Positions 61,165-64,000 of a DNA stretch of 64,000 nucleotides are shown here, piece after piece. The stretch comes from Octopus vulgaris (lineage: Eukaryota). Position 1 is the stretch's first letter. Each line of letters opens with the position of its first letter. Under the pieces are notes generated by a model. That model did no database searches and had not been told where the DNA came from. It saw only the letters and a list, made by a program, of their open reading frames with translations. A program made the position numbers and the translations under genes. Where the stretch lies: assembly GCA_951406725.2 (NCBI GenBank), contig OX597822.1, forward strand, positions 83,762,001-83,826,000, written 5' to 3'.

Positions 61165-61660
61165 GAAGTTTCTTTATTTAGCACCACGGCAACAGTACAA
61201 AGGGGGACACTATAAGGACAGTCACAACACCACAATGAGGGACATAAAACATAAAACGAATGAGAATGAAATGTTATATAAAAGGAAATGAAATGGCTGC
61301 ATGAGCCCCACTCCCATGCAGTACCATTTGAACGTTTATACACACTATTTACAATCGTTCTATTTTTCTATTGTTTTTTTCTTTATCATCTTTCTTTCAT
61401 CTTTTTTTCTATGAAACACTTTTACTTTTTCCTCTTTTTTTTTCTTTCAACAATACATTTTTTTCTTACTCTTATTTTTCCATCTTAATATCTCGTGAAA
61501 GGCTCCATGTCTCTGAGTTCAACTACGGGTGGCAGTTCGTCGAACTCCACCAACACTCCGGGAGGGTCAACCTTGTCTCCGAACATGTTTCTCAGTCTCT
61601 TGTATGTGTCTTTGTGAACCACGATCGCCTTCACATTTTCCGAATACATATCTGTGGGTA
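61165..61660 (-). mobile_element. Possible L1/Tx1-like LINE remnant with 3' UTR
   Basis: Minus-strand tail tgtccttatagtgtccccctttg...aataaagaaac resembles the tail of the SINE at 62621-63034. Confidence 0.35.
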
Positions 61661-62080
61661 ACCTTACTCTTATGATATGCTTAAATTTTACAATTTTTCT
61701 TTCCGTCGCTTACATCGCTTGCTGAGCATCTATGCCAATGATTGCATGAATGGATTTTGTCGATTCTAATCTCAAAATACTATTTACACTTTTTACCAGA
61801 CTATCACTCGTTGTAATAGTGAAGGACTACTAGTATACCGATCAACAGTTGGGTTTACCCTCCTGCTTTCATAGACTATCGCGCAAGTATACTGAAATAC
61901 CCCTGTGTTTATGATTAAGTGTAAACACGACAAATTAATACTGGGCGAGATGAGTGTTAGTCACGATTTTACTTGTGGTAGCATTCACCGGGAATGGGTT
62001 GACCTCCACCAGCAGTCGGATGCTGCATTTCAATGACTCACTTCGTGAAATTTTGTCTCATAATATCTTCGAGCCATCAA

Positions 62081-62296
62081 AGCGGCGAGCTGGCAGAAAC
62101 GTTAGCACGCCGGGCAAAATGCTTAGCGCTATATCGTGTGCCTCTACGTTCTGAGTTCAAATTTCGCCGAGATCGACTTTGCCTTTCATCCTTTCGGGGT
62201 CGATAATTTAAGTACCAGTCGCGCACTGGAGTCAATCTATTCGACTGGCCCCCTTTCCCCAAAATTTCGGTCCTTGTGCCTAGAGTAGAAAAGAAA
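62081..62296 (+). mobile_element. Full-length family B SINE (tail 1)
   Basis: Homologous to 41470-41685. Confidence 0.9.
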
Positions 62297-62620
62297 ATCT
62301 TGGAGCCATTTGATATTCTGCATAATAGCAACCTCCACAAGTCTACTGCAACGTTTTATGTTGTTGCAACTAAACGGCTCAAATATATTTCCTTTCTTTT
62401 CTGCAGGTATATTAACAAATGAATTCTAACCTTCATTATGCCTGCATTTTTGTATACCTCTTATTTGTTTATAAATAATTACTCGGATGTTTTTTGAAAA
62501 GATTTTGCTGCTGTGTTTCGGAGGTGAAGAGTTTACATGGATCTCCTTTATTGGCTCAAGCCTTTATATTAATTACATGGCCCATACTTTGAAGTTGTAT
62601 GGTAAGATGGTGCTACTGAA

Positions 62621-63034
62621 GGCGGCGAGCTGGCAGAAACGTTAGCACGCCGAGCGAAATGCTTTGCGGTATTTCATCTGCCGTTACGTTCTGAGTTCAA
62701 ATTCCGCCGAGGTCGATTTTGCTTTTCATCCTTTCGGGTCGATAAATTAAGTACCAGTTTCGCACTGGGGTCGGTGTAATCTACTTAATCTGTTTGTCTG
62801 TCCTTGTTTGTCCCCTCTCTGTTTAGCCCCTTGTGGGTAGTATAGAAATAGGTATTTCGTCTGCAGCTACGTCCTGAGTTCAAATTCCGCCGAGGTCGAC
62901 TTTGCCTTTCATCCTTTCGGGGTCGATTAAATAAGTACTAGTTACGCGCTGGCGTCGATATAATCGACTTAATCCGTTTGCCTGTCCTTGTTTGTTCCCT
63001 CTGTGTGTAGCCCCTTGTGGGCAGTAAAGAAATA
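62621..63034 (+). mobile_element. Family B SINE with alternative tail 2, followed by a tandem 5'-truncated second unit
   Basis: Unit 62621-62850 and repeat 62851-63034. Probable target-site duplication aagatggtgctact at 62604-62617 and 63034-63047. Confidence 0.88.
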
Positions 63035-64000
63035 AGATGGTGCTACTCGCTCTTCATAATAACGCACATCTTGAATGCCTCAGATGACAACCTATCAAAG
63101 ATCATACTCTAATCCATAACATTCTTAAATAAAGGAAATATATTTAGTCGTTTAGTTGCATTGAAATTGTGGAGGCACGTGTTTAAAATATTATCCTAAT
63201 ATCCATCACAATCACAAATTAGTCACTAAAACACAAATAAAAATAAAATGCACAGCAAGTATAAATATTACAATTATTCTGAATCAATTTGCCAAAAAAA
63301 CGTCAATTAATAATGGATTTATTCTACATTTCCGTGAGCAGAACGCCCATTGACAAGTTGGCTAAATTACTTCCATTTTCTCTAATATTTGCCAACTCTG
63401 CTTTTATCACAATTTGAATATCATTGTAAAAGATATTAAAAACATTTGTCTCTCAGTGTGAGCTTTTCTAATTTATTATTGAATATATTACTTAGCAGTA
63501 TATATATCAGCGCCACCGTGAGCTGATATATATACGTCTGTATATGTATTATGCATAGATAGATATATAGATAGATAAACAGATAAACAGATGCTTGTGT
63601 GTACGTATGTGTATAGGTGTGTGAGTATATATGCGGGATTGCTTCACTTATACATTTTAATATAAACGAGGAAAACGCATCTGCTTTAGTAAATGTATCA
63701 AATAATATGCATAAATATAAAATGTCTATATCACTATATTTCAACGACAAACTGCACTATTTGTAAACTAGATCCATTGTTTACAATATCGTTGCAGCAT
63801 CGAACAACTTCTGGTGAGTGGTAAACACACAGAAAATATGTCCCATTGTCTCTATATTAGGTTTCCCCTAAACACACACATGCACACGCGCACATACACA
63901 CACATGCGTGTGCGCGCACCCCCTTCCGTGTGTAAGGATGTATGCATGTATGTAATGATATGGTGTGTGTAGGCGTATATGCAAATAATTTTCTTATAGA

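Overview
AT-rich, microsatellite-dense animal genomic DNA with no confidently identifiable host protein-coding exon. The SINE, LINE and microsatellite content resembles Octopus/cephalopod intergenic or intronic DNA; this organism call is an inference. Almost all recognisable sequence is transposon-derived. There are at least 8 fragments of R4/Dong-type RLE LINEs, and the five with preserved 3' ends all run into (AAT)n. Also present are RTE, CR1, L2-like and Tx1-like LINE pieces, mariner/Tc1/maT DNA-transposon remnants, a Neptune-type Penelope GIY-YIG fragment and several tRNA-derived SINE families with swapped modules. Most long ORFs in the supplied track are microsatellite artefacts. Notable observations: (1) about ten minimal type-I hammerhead ribozyme motifs, three with an intact or near-intact core, in short non-coding Penelope-LTR-like elements that often fold back and sit in (TA)n; (2) a bipartite non-autonomous RTE with an HDV-like-ribozyme-shaped 5' end, next to an RTE with an identical 45-nt 3' end; (3) a ~7-kb tandem array of a B-box-deleted SINE plus compound AAT/AAG microsatellite, hit by two different Dong LINEs; (4) a SINE/CR1 3'-end match and a 260-bp inverted duplication inside a SINE. 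All folds and alignments were done by eye.
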